DNA of 63,558 nt, filler included, from Octopus bimaculoides (lineage: Eukaryota): the NCBI RefSeq assembly GCF_001194135.2. It is 6 parts of 6 records of this genome, joined end to end, with 100 filler letters (N's around TTAATTAATTAA, not from the genome) between each part and the next. Parts side by side here need not be neighbours in the genome. Positions count along the whole stretch, not along the records: positions 27,565 to 53,559 come from NC_068988.1; 5 more parts are not named here. One strand, written 5' to 3'. The notes under the pieces are model-generated. The model was not told the DNA's origin. It saw nothing but the letters and a program-made list of their open reading frames with translations, and did no database searches. The translations under genes were made by a program, and so were the position numbers. This document shows positions 36,039 through 49,779 of this stretch, one piece after another. Every line of letters begins with the position of its first letter. Position 1 is the stretch's first letter.

Positions 36039-37578
36039 NNNNNNNNNNNNNNNNNNNNNNNNNNNNNNNNNNNNNNNNNTATATATAGATGTGTGTGTGT
36101 TATGGACACACCCAGAGGATGTATATAGAAGTACACGTGTGTGTATATATGTGTATGAATAATGTTCTTAGGGCTAACATATTTCCCCCCGTGAAATCTG
36201 CAGTCAGACGAGAGAGAGAGAGAGAGAGATTTTTAATGCGTTATCGTATCTATTGAAGGAATCTGAAAATGGGCGATGATGTAAAAGCCGGCTCCTTATA
36301 ACTGTGGTCTTTTGTGAGACCGACCGCTCATGCCATCATATGCTTAGAGCATGACCTAGATGCTGGCTGGGCTTGGCTGCTAGTAGAAGGAAGAGGAGGA
36401 TGGAGATGATACCGTATTATCTATATCCTTAATTGATATGTCCTATAGCTTTCTCTATCTAGCTAGCTAGCGTCTGCTTCTTTAATTTGTTTGCTTGCAC
36501 TGCTAAGGCAAAAGAGCTGACTTTACACCTGATCCGCCCCACCTCTGCCATCTCTCTCTTTCTGTCTCTCTCTCTCTCTGATATGTGTTTGTTTTGTCTT
36601 ACAAGTGCGCGTATCTGTGTTGTGCATTCTGTTTTGTGTCGGCGGCGTAGTTGTTATGTGATGGAGACTGGCAAGAACAACACTGCTTTTGATGTCATCT
36701 AATGATTTTCAGCACGTAGACACACACAATTGTGTGTGTGTGTGTGTGTAGCTTTCGCTCTTGTTGCTTTTTGCTTAGTGTTTGTGTTATTAATACACCT
36801 ATCAGCGATATTGCTCGTTTTGAAGTGCAGGAGTACTCTTGTGGAGTAATGTGTCCTTTGTGTGACGAAGAAAATGTGTCTACGCATCTGTTATATAAAT
36901 GTATGTGCGTGTGTGTAATGCTTATACTGATGTAGTCGTACATGCATCTTGTACGGATATATGCATATTTAAGTGTATGAATATGCGTTTGTTTATGTAT
37001 ATATAAATATATATTATGCATGTGTTCTGTTATTGAAATTGGGAATGACTGACTTAAACGAAGTCACTGATATGTATTAGAGGAAAATTAAGATATTAAA
37101 TGTATTCAACATACTCAAACAGTTTAATAAACCTTATATAGTCTCCTATTCTACGTTTTCTTTGTTCCACTGAATCAATCGAAGCAGACTTGTGGAATCT
37201 GGATACTGATTTTAAATTCCATACGTAGATTTAAATGCGTGAACTTATATTTCAAGATAATTATTTCATCACGACCTTTACAGCCTGTAATTTATTTTGT
37301 ATGTCAAAAATATATGTAATTCAGTTTGTGGAGCTTAAAGTTCTATTCATTTATGTTCATATCTGTATGTCGGCTATTTAACTCCAAGTTTGTTTGTTAT
37401 CGAGTGGATTTATCGTCAAAGTTGTTTCCAGGTTTATAGAAGTAAGGGAGATGGGCTGCTTTTCTAGCGTATTTCATTTTCCTACATAGGTCTCTTGTTG
37501 AGAACCCCGTTAGAACTAATAGATTTAGTATCTATAGTTTACATATTTATAATTTTGAAACACTGGCTTTTATTATTT

Positions 37579-37659
<81 letters not shown>

Positions 37660-37909
37660 NNNNNNNNNNNNNNNNNNNNNNNNNNNNNNNNNNNNNNNNN
37701 NNNNNNNNNNNNNNNNNNNNNNNNNNNNNNNNNNNNNNNNNNNNNNNNNNNNNNNNNNNNNNNNNNNNNNNNNNNNNNNNNNNNNNNNNNNNNNNNNNNN
37801 NNNNNNNNNNNNNNNNNNNNNNNNNNNNNNNNNNNNNNNNNNNNNNNNNNNNNNNNNNNNNNNNNNNNNNNNNNNNNNNNNNNNNNNNNNNNNNNNNNNN
37901 NNNNNNNNN

Positions 37910-37954
<45 letters not shown>

Positions 37955-37966
37955 CACACATATACA

Positions 37967-38010
<44 letters not shown>

Positions 38011-39470
38011 CATGCATACCCATACATGCACACACATTAATCAAAATATTCGCTTTACAATCACGAGGTTCGATCTGACTGGGTATCACCTTCGGAAAAC
38101 TTATACACCCAAGCCGTTTGAATCAAATTGATGAAATTGCGAGCTGTAAGGTTCGAAAGTCCAGCTTTGTGTGCGTACGTGCGTGCATGCGCTGGACGTT
38201 TTACTAAGTTTTACAATTGGTGTCTGTCTTTTATGAAAATTCGCTTCGATTCTAGGATGATTTATGGTAATATTGACTCCAATACTTGACTGATAGTTTA
38301 TTTTATCAACCTTGGAAGAATCAGACGAAATTGACCTCTGTGGGATAGTGCCATCTTAAGGCTTGGGCACACTGAGTTGTTGCCCAAGGACCCTACAGGC
38401 TAGGGGCTCAATTCTGATCTATGCTTTGCCTTGCTGTCAGTCAAATACTATAGAACTTCATTCATTTTTCCTGAGGGCCTACGATGCTACTAAGACTGCC
38501 CCGGGTGGGATTCGAACTTGGAACATAAAACACTGTAATTAAATACTGCTGACATTTTGTCCGACTCTCTAAAGATCTTTTCCCAATCCATCACATATGA
38601 TTTGGCATTGGTCTGATGCTGTAAATTGCAGAAAGACTACGAACTACTTGTGCCAACAAGGAAGTGTCTAAACGGTAGTTTAACTTGTTCAATGTAGCAG
38701 CTAAATAAGGGAGCCTCTACGTGTTTGATCGAGCTGCTAGACATAGCAGTCAAATCTCATAAAAAACCTGTTGGATACTATGTATTAAAAATGACAGGAG
38801 TGCCATTCTCGGTTCTAAGTCTGGTGGATCGGGACTGACTTGCAGTTAATCAGCTGCAACTACCTAACCTGCTATCCTCTTGAAAATACTGACAATACCT
38901 TAACATTTAAGGTCATCTTGGTTAGAGTAAAGGAAGAACGATTTTTAAGAACAATTAAGAACACTGATTGAGTATATTTTGATATTCCAGACATACCTGT
39001 ACATCGAGGGTGTTGGATATTTTTGGTTGTTGCTTTTTATTGTTATGAGCTTCTCATTCAAGCAGATCTAAGTGCTGCTACTCAACAATGAAGAAAGGTC
39101 TTTTAAACTATCATGATGGAATTAGTGGTGGTGGGACATTCATTTTGGTTTACATAATTATTCTCAATAATTATAGAATGTGTTGGGGGAAGATGTGATA
39201 ATTTCTGACATTGACATCAGTTCAGAAATTTTATGGAAGAGATGAGTCAATTAACTCAGTCTTAGTAAATTACTGGTTTCTTTTTAAATCAACCAAGGAA
39301 AGATGAAAGGCAAAGTTGACTCCAGATTGAATTTAAACTCAATTGTAATGGGTTGCATCTAAATACAGCATATCTGGCTTTACTGATTCAGGTACTTGAT
39401 TGACCCTTGATAATAAGGCCACAAATTTGTTTGGAGCCACATTGTCTTTAAAATTGAAACTAATACATGA

Positions 39471-39697
39471 ATGGCAGAAACGTTAGCAGACCGGGCGAAA
39501 TGCTTAGCTGTATTTCGTCTGCCGTTACGTTCTGAGTTCAAATTCCGCCGAGGTCAACTTTGCCTTTCATCCTTCCGGGGTTGATAAATTAAGTACCAGT
39601 TACACACTGGGGTCGATGTAATCGACTTAATCCCTTTGTCAGTCCTTGTTTGTCCCCTCTATGTTTAGCCCCTTGTGGGCAATAAAGAAACAAGAAA
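39471..39697 (+). mobile_element. SINE family B, near full length
   Basis: Head, central domain and Tx1-like tail. Confidence 0.92.
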
Positions 39698-40084
39698 CTA
39701 ATACATGACTGATACTTTATTAGCATTGGAAGGATAACTTTTGTAAGATTTGCACGTGACTGTAAAGAGACAGAAGTAATACCACTAAGCACTTTGTCCA
39801 AAGCTCCAATGATTTTTATCTATCCACCACTCTTATTAAAGCAAGCAATTGACTTTAGTCTGTTTGTTGTAGGGCATTGAATCTAAAATCCTGATCACAT
39901 TCCAGACTAAATTCCTTATAGAGTCCTGCTATTGGATCTCTTTCTATTTATCCTCTGAAGCTTACTGTTTAATCCCAAGTCAACTCTCATCCAGCCAACC
40001 TATGATCGAAAGCATTACTCTTCTTAAGGTATAGTGATTCGAAGACAACATCCTGGCTTTACAAATCCCTATATTTTGTACATA

Positions 40085-40250
40085 GGTGCTGACATGGCTG
40101 CGTGGTTGAGATGCTTGCTTCTCAGCCACGTGATGTTGGGTTCAGTCCCACTGCATGGCACCTTGGGCAAGTGTCTTCTAAAGCTCTGGACTAGCCAAAA
40201 CCTTCTGAGTGGATCTAGTTGATGAAAACTGAAGGAAGCTGTTGGTGCTG
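40085..40250 (+). mobile_element. SINE family A, 5' part
   Basis: Homology to the family A head. Confidence 0.8.
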
Positions 40251-40425
40251 GTGCCATGTAAAAAGTACTCAGTACACGCTGTAAAGTGGTTGGCATTAGG
40301 TACAGAGGTTGGCCTCCAGCTGTAGAAGCCATGCCAAAGCAGACAGGGGAGCTTAGTATAGTCCTCTGGCTTGCTAGCTCCTATCCAGCCCTTGCCAGCA
40401 TAGAAAATGGATGTTAAATGATGAT
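40250..40425 (+). mobile_element. 3' end of an RTE-type element with (GAT)n tail
   Basis: ...CCAGCAT.GAAAATGGATGTTAAATGATGAT; homologous to the reverse complement of 42325-42590. Confidence 0.75.
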
Positions 40426-40927
40426 AATATATATAATGACTGTGTATGTTTGTGTTTACCTTTATATTTGACATCATGTGATGATTATAAATGATCATGT
40501 TTGTTTCCAATCATCTGTGAAAAATGTCTAGCCATGAGAAATACTACCTTGTTTGGAAACGGGTGAGGGTTTGGCAATGGAAAGGGCATCTGGCCATAGA
40601 AAATCTGCCTCAACAAATTTTACCTGACTCATGTAAGCATGAAAAGTGACTGAAATGATAATAAAAATGATATATAAACATATGAGTTTAGTGGGATATA
40701 TTATGTGGGAGCTCTCAGTTGTGTTCCAGGTTACGGCTAACCACATTGGTTAGTATTTACTAGGAGTTGTCGCTTGTGGTGTAAATTCCTCCAATGTGTA
40801 ATTCCATCTTTGCTTCATTGGATAGTAATATTTTCTGGAGTGTATATTAGCAATAATTATAACAATAGAGAATATGGAGACTAGTATATCCTCAATTTAT
40901 TTCCTTTTGTTTTAGAATGTTATACAG

Positions 40928-41143
40928 GTATGGTTGTGTGGTAAGAAGCTTGCTTCCTAACCACATGGTTCCAGGTTCAGTCCCACTGAATGGCACTTTG
41001 GGCAAGTGACTTCTACTATAGCCTTAGGCCAATCAAAGCCTTGTGAGTGGATTTGGTTGAAGGAAAAAGGAAACTGGAAGAAGCCCNNNNNNNNNNNNNN
41101 NNNNNNNNNNNNNNNNNNNNNNNNNNNNNNNNNNNNNNNNNNN

Positions 41144-41206
<63 letters not shown>

Positions 41207-41407
41207 TTGTGTCTGTGTTAGTCCTCACTGCCATCACTTGACAACTGATTCTGGTGTGTTTGTTACCATAACTTAGTAGTTCAGCAAAAGAGACTGATAG
41301 AATAAGTACTAGGTTTACAAAGAATAAGTCCTGGGGTTGATGTCTTTGACTAACACCCTTTAAAGCAGTGCTCCAATATGGCCGCAGTCAAATGATTGAA
41401 ACAAGTA
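40928..41407 (+). mobile_element. SINE family A, full length, with gapped internal microsatellite
   Basis: Homology to 15747-16173. Confidence 0.9.
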
Positions 41408-42048
41408 NNNNNNNNNNNNNNNNNNNNNNNNNNNNNNNNNNNNNNNNNNNNNNNNNNNNNNNNNNNNNNNNNNNNNNNNNNNNNNNNNNNNNNNNNNNNN
41501 NNNNNNNNNNNNNNNNNNNNNNNNNNNNNNNNNNNNNNNNNNNNNNNNNNNNNNNNNNNNNNNNNNNNNNNNNNNNNNNNNNNNNNNNNNNNNNNNNNNN
41601 NNNNNNNNNNNNNNNNNNNNNNNNNNNNNNNNNNNNNNNNNNNNNNNNNNNNNNNNNNNNNNNNNNNNNNNNNNNNNNNNNNNNNNNNNNNNNNNNNNNN
41701 NNNNNNNNNNNNNNNNNNNNNNNNNNNNNNNNNNNNNNNNNNNNNNNNNNNNNNNNNNNNNNNNNNNNNNNNNNNNNNNNNNNNNNNNNNNNNNNNNNNN
41801 NNNNNNNNNNNNNNNNNNNNNNNNNNNNNNNNNNNNNNNNNNNNNNNNNNNNNNNNNNNNNNNNNNNNNNNNNNNNNNNNNNNNNNNNNNNNNNNNNNNN
41901 NNNNNNNNNNNNNNNNNNNNNNNNNNNNNNNNNNNNNNNNNNNNNNNNNNNNNNNNNNNNNNNNNNNNNNNNNNNNNNNNNNNNNNNNNNNNNNNNNNNN
42001 NNNNNNNNNNNNNNNNNNNNNNNNNNNNNNNNNNNNNNNNNNNNNNNN

Positions 42049-42086
<38 letters not shown>

Positions 42087-42324
42087 TACATATGTATATA
42101 CATGCAAGAGTTAAGGAATGAAGTAGATAAAATCTGGGTTACATATGTTAAATAGCGAGTGGAACCTCGGAAGTGGTAAATATCCAAGCAAGGTGTATAC
42201 CACAGGCTACTCTTCTGGCCAAGTGTGTCTTGATTAAATGAAAGTTTCCATTGTCACACGGAGGTGCATGTTAACACATGGAAGATTCAACCATATATAT
42301 ATTGTAAACTTACCTTGTATTCAA

Positions 42325-42590
42325 CCATATCATCATCATCATCGTTTAACGTCCGCTTTCCATGCTAGCATGGGTTGGACGATTTGACTGAGGACTGGTG
42401 AAACCGGATGGCTACACCAGGCTCCAATCTGATTTGGCAGAGTTTCTCCAGCTGGATGCCCTTCCTAACGCCAACCACTCTGAGTGTAGTGGGTGCTTTT
42501 ACGTGCCACCCGCATGAAGGCTAGTCAGGCGGTACTGGCAACGGCCATGCTCAAATGGTGTATTTTATGTGCCACCCGCACAAGAGCCAT
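42325..42590 (-). mobile_element. Young 3' fragment of an RTE-type element or RTE-tailed SINE with (GAT)n tail
   Basis: CATCATCATCGTTTAACGTCCGCTTTCCATGCTAGCATGGGTTGGAC...; several diverged copies in the window. Confidence 0.8.
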
Positions 42591-42677
42591 ATATATATAT
42601 GTATATATATATAGTAAACTTACCTTGTATTCAATATTTTGGTGTTATGACTCCATTTTCAAGGTAAATCACAAGGA

Positions 42678-42789
42678 AAATATATGAATTAATGTAGACT
42701 TACCTTGTATTCAATATTTCCGGGTTGAAAATGGGGTCGTGACCCCGAAATATTGAATACAAGGTAAGTCTACATTAATTCATATATTT
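42678..42789. repeat. Perfect 43-bp inverted repeat (foldback, MITE-like)
   Basis: 42678-42720 is the exact reverse complement of 42747-42789, with a 26-nt spacer. Confidence 0.95.
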
Positions 42790-43249
42790 GTTTACCCATG
42801 TTCCTTTATACAATATGTTCTTTACAATGCTTCATAGTAATTATTCCATTATATATAATTCTGGATCAACATGATGTGCATTTTGTGGCAGTAGAATGTG
42901 ATTTAAGAGATTCTACTGCTATTTCTAGCTGGTTGTGACACCATGTAGAGTCTGCCTCATTGGCTTCTAGTAAAGCAGTGTGTTCACTCCAGCTGACTGT
43001 TGTAATTACTGGGTGGGCATAGACATTTGCCATGTCATTGAAGTTGCTTGTCTGTGTTCATTGTGTGGGAGTGTCATGAGTGGGAGTCTCTCAAACTATT
43101 CCAGAAGCTTGATTAACCCAAAGCTTTAATCAGTATCAACTAGGCAGAAATATCAAATTAACTTGAAAGAACTGATAAAGTTTGCAACTATTTTGGTCAA
43201 CATCTGTGATATGCATACACACACACACACATGCAGGAGTGGTATGTCT

Positions 43250-43575
43250 GTGAAGGTGTGTGACTTAGTGGTTAGGGTATTCAGCTCACAGTCATGAGAT
43301 CGTGAGTTCAATTCCTGGTGACCTGTTGTCCTTGAACAAGACACTTTATTTCACGTTCCTCCAGTCCATTCAGCTGGCGAAAATGAGCAGTGCCTGTATT
43401 TCAAAGGGCCAACCTTATCACACTCTGTGTCCCGCTGACTCTCCCTGAGAACTATGTTAAGGGTACATGTGTCTGTGGAGTGCTCAGCCACATGCATGTT
43501 AATTTCATGAGTAGGCAGGCTGTTCCGTTGATTGGATCAACTGGAACCCTCATTGTCATAACTGATGGAGTGCCA
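43250..43575 (+). mobile_element. SINE family C, full length
   Basis: Homology to 21305-21615. Confidence 0.88.
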
Positions 43576-43589
43576 ATTAATATATACTC

Positions 43590-43748
43590 TTTTACTTGTT
43601 TCAGTCATTTGAGAAAATCGACCTCAGGACTTATTCTTTGTAAGCCTAGTACTTGTTCTATCGGTCTCTTTTTGCCAAACCGCTAAGTTACGGGGATGTA
43701 AACACACAAGCAATGGTGGTGGTGGTGGGGGGAACAAACACAGGCACA

Positions 43749-43844
<96 letters not shown>

Positions 43845-44145
43845 CACGCACATAGATGGCGGGCTTCTTTCAGTTTCCGTCTACNNNNNNNNNNNNNNNN
43901 NNNNNNNNNNNNNNNNNNNNNNNNNNNNNNNNNNNNNNNNNNNNNNNNNNNNNNNNNNNNNNNNNNNNNNNNNNNNNNNNNNNNNNNNNNNNNNNNNNNN
44001 NNNNNNNNNNCAAATCCACTGACAAGGCTTTGGTCGGCCTGAGGCTATAGTAGAAGACACCTGTCCAAGGTGCCACGCAGTGGGACTGAACCCGGAACCA
44101 TGTGGTTAGTAAGCAAGCTACCTACCACACAGCCATTCCTATGCC
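43590..44145 (-). mobile_element. SINE family A, full length, with internal microsatellite and gap
   Basis: Homology to family A. Confidence 0.9.
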
Positions 44146-44845
44146 TATATGTATATATATGACTTGTATAAACAAGATAATAAACGTAGTGACTTTTTCA
44201 TTATCATTGTTTTATCATCCTCTTTTTCCTGTTGGCATGGGTCAGACAAAATTTGTCGAAGGATATTTTCTATGACAGGATGTTCTCCTGTTGTTACCAA
44301 CTCTCACCTGTTTTCAAGCAAGGTAATAATATTTCCCTTTGGTCTAACATTTTTCATGGAATACTGGAAACAAACAAACAAACAAACAAACCTGCTTGTA
44401 TACGGGTGAAGTTCATTTACGACCATCATATGATGTCAAGACAAAGGTACACATAAATATATATACATATTGCTGTCTTGGGAAGGTCAATATGCCAATA
44501 ACGATGACACATATGGGTTCAATTTCACTTCGTTATTATTCATTAATTGATTAGCCATTTCAAACAGACCTGGAGTAGAAGGAATGTCATTGAAGTGGTT
44601 GCGAATAGCGACGAAAGGACTTCAGTAAACACAACTGACTGATTGATTAACCAGATGATTAATCAATTGATTTAGTTAGTTGGTTAAGTAGCTAATTGAT
44701 AATAAACTAATTGATGAATAATGAAGAAATAAAACCAGTATGCATGTTTATTATTATTGTGAGAGACAACAAAATCATGATTTCATCACATGATTTCATC
44801 ACATGATTTCACATCAAGGATCTTGGAAACCAAAAACAAAATGAA

Positions 44846-44881
<36 letters not shown>

Positions 44882-44884
44882 ACC

Positions 44885-45007
44885 TAACCACATGGTTCTG
44901 AGTTCAGTCCCTCTGCGTGGCACCCTGGGTAAGTATCTTCTATATCCTTGGGCTGACCAAAGCCTTGTGAATGGATTTGGTAGACGGAAACTGAAAGAAG
45001 ACTATTG

Positions 45008-45040
<33 letters not shown>

Positions 45041-45288
45041 NNNNNNNNNNNNNNNNNNNNNNNNNNNNNNNNNNNNNNNNNNNNNNNNNNNNNNNNNNNN
45101 NNNNNNNNNNNNNNNNNNNNNNNNNNNNNNNNNNNNNNNNNNNNNNNNNNNNNNNNNNNNNNNNNNNNNNNNNNNNNNNNNNNNNNNNNNNNNNNNNNNN
45201 NNNNNNNNNNNNNNNNNNNNNNNNNNNNNNNNNNNNNNNNNNNNNNNNNNNNNNNNNNNNNNNNNNNNNNNNNNNNNNNNNNNNNNNN

Positions 45289-45332
<44 letters not shown>

Positions 45333-45520
45333 TGTTTGTCCCCCAATCACCACTTGACAATTAGTATCGGTTTGTTTACACCCTGTAACTTAGCACTTCA
45401 GCAAAAATCATCAATGAAGTGAGTACTAGGCTTAAAAAATAAGCACTGGGGTTGATTTGTTCTTGACTCAAACCCTTTAAGGCAGAGCTCAAGCATGGTT
45501 ACAGTCAAATGAGTGAAGCA
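44885..45520 (+). mobile_element. SINE family A with internal (TG)n and gap
   Basis: Homology to family A. Confidence 0.88.
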
Positions 45521-45550
45521 AATAAAAGAAAAAAGAATGTGTATACATGC

Positions 45551-45596
<46 letters not shown>

Positions 45597-45619
45597 ACAC
45601 ACGTATGTATGCACACACA

Positions 45620-45760
45620 CACATACACACACACAAGGCTTTGGTTGACCCAGGGCTGTAGTCAAAGACATTGCCCAAGGTGCTGCACAGTGGGTCTGAA
45701 CCTGAAATCACATGATTGGGAAACAAGCTTCTTAACCTATATACAGTCGTGCCACCAGCC
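45620..45760 (-). mobile_element. SINE family A, 5' part
   Basis: Homology to the family A head. Confidence 0.8.
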
Positions 45761-46979
45761 TTTATGTGGAAATTCATTATAGCTTAATTGCTACTCCATG
45801 CAAGAGCAGTCTTATATTTATTTGTGTGCTTGTGTATATGCCTGTACATGCATGTGTGTGTCTGTACATATGTCTGTAAATGTGTATATGTGTGTGTATG
45901 TTATGCTCTGATTAAAATATATCTGATCCATTTCTTGTTGATATCTTCTATCGCTGCATGAGAAGGATTGTCTTTTTTTACTCTTTCCTTTTTTTCATAT
46001 TTTACATCTATTTTTTTTTTTCCCCAGCATCACTTGGATGTGTTGCTTCTGTAAATTCAGTCTAATTTTTTTTTTCTTTTAATTGTTTAAGCTTGTTTCT
46101 GAAACTTAATTGCTTATACAGTTACATGAAGGTCATTACTGACAAGTATTCTACAGAAAAGTGGTATGCTATTTCCTGCTTGGTATGGCACATTCTATCA
46201 GTAAATAGTTTAAATAACATGCTTCATTTCTGCCTTTTGCTACGTACATTGACTTAGAACATTCAAGGTTAGATAGAAATGCTACCCACTTATAATTTCT
46301 TTAGACCAGGGGTCCCCAACCACTATGCTGCAGATCATTTGGTACTGGGCATCCAGCTATAGAAACAATACCAAAACGGACAACGGAACCTTGTGCAGCC
46401 CTTGGCCTTACCAGCTTGTGTCAAACCAATCAGCTCATGCTAGTATGAAAAACAGATGTTAAATGATGATGATTATATTCTATTGCCTATCGAAGTCTCC
46501 AGGGTGTTTTTTTTGCATTATATATTTATTAAAAAATATATATTAGCAACGGGTCTCGGTAGGGATTTATCTCCCCACTAGTGATATAAGTGAGAGTGTA
46601 TTTTATACCAAAAGTATCTACCGTAATATAGTTTGTTCCAACCGAACATCCATGTTTAAGTGGGTATAAATATTACCTCTATATATTTATCAAATGTGTA
46701 ATGTTTAAATTGTATAATATGCACTTTGTGTTTTGTTATGCACATAATCCCCTGGTCCATGGTGCAAAAAAATTTTGGGACTACTGCTTATTTTGGAACT
46801 GTGGTTCCAAGAAAATTTTGGGACCACAAGAAGATATGTTGTTGTTTAGCCCCCTTTACTCGGCAGACTTTTCTAAGCTTTTCTTAAGTGTTTTATGTCT
46901 TGGACTATACTATCTTATGCATCTCTCTATTTTCAAGATGGCAGAGTGTAGTTTGAATGAAATTTGGCTGCTATTTCTT

Positions 46980-47215
46980 ATTTCTTTACTGCCCACAAAG
47001 GGCTACACAGAGGGGACAAACAAGGACAGACAAATGCATTAAGTCGATTATATTGACCCCAGTGCGTAACTGGTACTTATTTAATCGACCCCGAAAGGAT
47101 GAAGGGCAAAGTCAACCTCGGCAGAATTTGAACTCAGAACGTAGTGGCAGACGAAATACCGCTAAGCATTTCAGCATTTTGCCCGGCGTGCTAACATTTC
47201 TGCCAGCTCGCTGCC
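46980..47215 (-). mobile_element. SINE family B, full length
   Basis: Reverse complement of 39471-39697. Confidence 0.92.
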
Positions 47216-48654
47216 TTTGGCTGCTATTTCTAAGGACGCTAGCGACCACATAAAGACTCCTACAATACTGTGCCAAACATGCATGCTGATGTGGTTGGTG
47301 ATTAATTATTGCTGTTGTCTTAAGCTGATGAAATAAACTTTCTTTCTGGTTGGATGTGGGTCTATGGTTTGTAACTTTCATAGCTAGAGCCTGCTAGTTT
47401 ATCTTCCACAAATGCCCTGTTGTAAGATGTGAACTTGTAACCTACAGCTACTAAAGAGTAGAGCAACTGCTCTCTCTCTCTCTTTTCTAGTGTGGAGGGC
47501 AAATGACTGCCCTCTGCTGCCATATTTATGAATAAAATATGGAGAGTACAGCAATTGTTTCTATCCTTATATTATTAGTGGAGTTACTGCTTTAATATAC
47601 TTTACATCTGGAGATGGGTGTGTTTGTATGTAGTGCATTGAACCTGTGCATGCACATGTCAGGGGTGGGGTGGCTGGACTAGTTTGTGTGTTGTTGTAAG
47701 AGTCCTGAGTGTGGTGGCTGTAGCATGTTTAAGGTGGAGTGGGAGAACCTGAGCATGGAGAGAGAATGGGGTGGGGAATGAATGGGAAAGCAAGGGGGGA
47801 AGAGCTGCATGTAAATATATACAGGGGAGGAAGGAATAAATGAATGTTATTGGCAGCAGAAGTAATTATAGTTGGAATTTGGAAGGGGTGAGGGTGAAAT
47901 AATACTTTAGCAGCAGTGTTTTTTTGGGAAAGTATAGAAGAGGTAGCTAATTGTTGTTTAGCCTTAACATCAGCCTTGATTGAGCAGACCTCTAATCAAA
48001 GGATTTTCAAACTATGACCACCCACTTTTCCTTTTTTTTTTTTTTTTCAGGTTTGGTAAATTCATAGTATACCTCAGACCATATCTGATGTCCCCTTTAA
48101 GATAGTTGGATGTGGTTTGAAGGAGATTTTGTTGTTTCTATTAAGTTGAATGACTATAGGCTACAGAAAGCAGTGATTCAAAGCCATTTGATGTTAAAAA
48201 AAATCCTATTTTTTAATTAAATATTATTAGGAATTGTATAATAAAAATTAAAATATTTTCTGTATTGCAGAAATATAATCAATTTAGTGCACAACAAAAT
48301 CTTATATGGACCCCGATTGAGAATTACTTATATAGAAGCTCCCTCATCAGCTCAAATGCTAGATCTAGGGTGTCAGTGGTCAAAATATTGACTTTCATTT
48401 GTCTTTTTTTATGTAAGCAACATCCTACTACATAGGTTTTGTAACTTAGCCAGGTTGCAAATTCTGTGACTCAATAAGTTTAATTCTCCCTCCCTGCCCA
48501 AGGCCATCTTAGCTTTATAAGCCCCTGGGCCCTATAGTTTATATTTATTGATAGCAGGGTCTCTAGACTTATGGGGTCCCTTTGGCAATGATCCTACCCC
48601 TATTGTATCTAGTTATTGTTACACTCAATGAATAAATGAGATAGCCTCTATCAT

Positions 48655-48950
48655 TGTCATCATTTAGTGTCCATTCTCCACGCTGGCATGGGTTGGCTGG
48701 TTTGACAAGATCCAATGGTTTCAAGGACTACATTATGCTCCAGTGTCTGCTTTGGCATGGTTTCTATAGCTGGATGCTTTATTATTTTCTTTTTGTGCTA
48801 GCAGCATGAGTGAGGTTACCATGTAGCTTGCAAGACTATGAACACTAAAGTGGGCGGGCGTTAGCTTTATGTGAGGAGACGAGGGCTAAAGTATGAGTGA
48901 AGTGGTGAGGAGAGGCAGAGCAGCTTCTTAATGTAGACAAGATACGGGGC
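48655..48950 (-). mobile_element. RTE-type 3' fragment, diverged
   Basis: Homology to 42325-42590. Confidence 0.7.
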
Positions 48951-49779
48951 TACAGTCATTCAAACGAGAGAGTGTGAATGATCAGTAGGCGTTAAAGGAT
49001 GCTGCTGATGATGATGAATGTTGCTGGGTAACATGTTGGACAAGTAAGTGTCGGCCATAAAACATAAGCCATGTGAATGAAGAGATAGTGGTAACAAAGT
49101 GTACAGGTGGCCCCCAAAGGTTTGGGGTGAGTGGAAATAAGTGAGGACCGTGAACTTGGAGTGTAGGTCAGTGGGGACTAGCAAGAGTTTGCCGATGTGC
49201 ACCCAACGCCAATTTTTAAATAAAATCTCATTCTTTTCAGTGGAACCAGGGACACATTAGATACTGTAGTTCTAGATACCCTCCTGAAATACCAGATGGC
49301 AGTGGTGGTCATGGCTGGAATACTTTTATTCATAATTTTGTTTGGTCTGTATTGGCCTGGGGTTTAACACCAGCATGAAGCATGATGAAAAATAATTACT
49401 CATGCACAAAAAGAAAATACAATTTCAAATTAATTTATTCAAAAATCTAGTTAGAAAATCTAGTTTGATTAATATAACAAAATCAATTTTATCCCATCAT
49501 TGCAGTTAGTAAAAAGCTGGTTTATTGTTTTATTTAATTGCTATATGACATTATTCATCATTTTGCTAGCTACATACACTCAAGTTTAAGGGAAGTTAGA
49601 GTAAACAAGGTTAATGTTTAATTTAAACTTTTGCTAGAAATTAATTTTTAAAAGGGGGGAAATTTGGCTGAAACTAGTGCATAACCATGTGGCTAAGAAA
49701 TTTACCAGATTCGATGTCAAAGTACTGAAGGACAACTGCTGAACTATTTGGTCAAGATGACAAAGAACTGAGATACTCA

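Noticed and set aside
46307-46786. Second hAT-type MITE (CAGGGGTCCCCAAC ... TTTTGGGACTACTG)
   Set aside because: The right TIR is degenerate and the flanks match at only about half of 8 positions, so boundaries cannot be supported.
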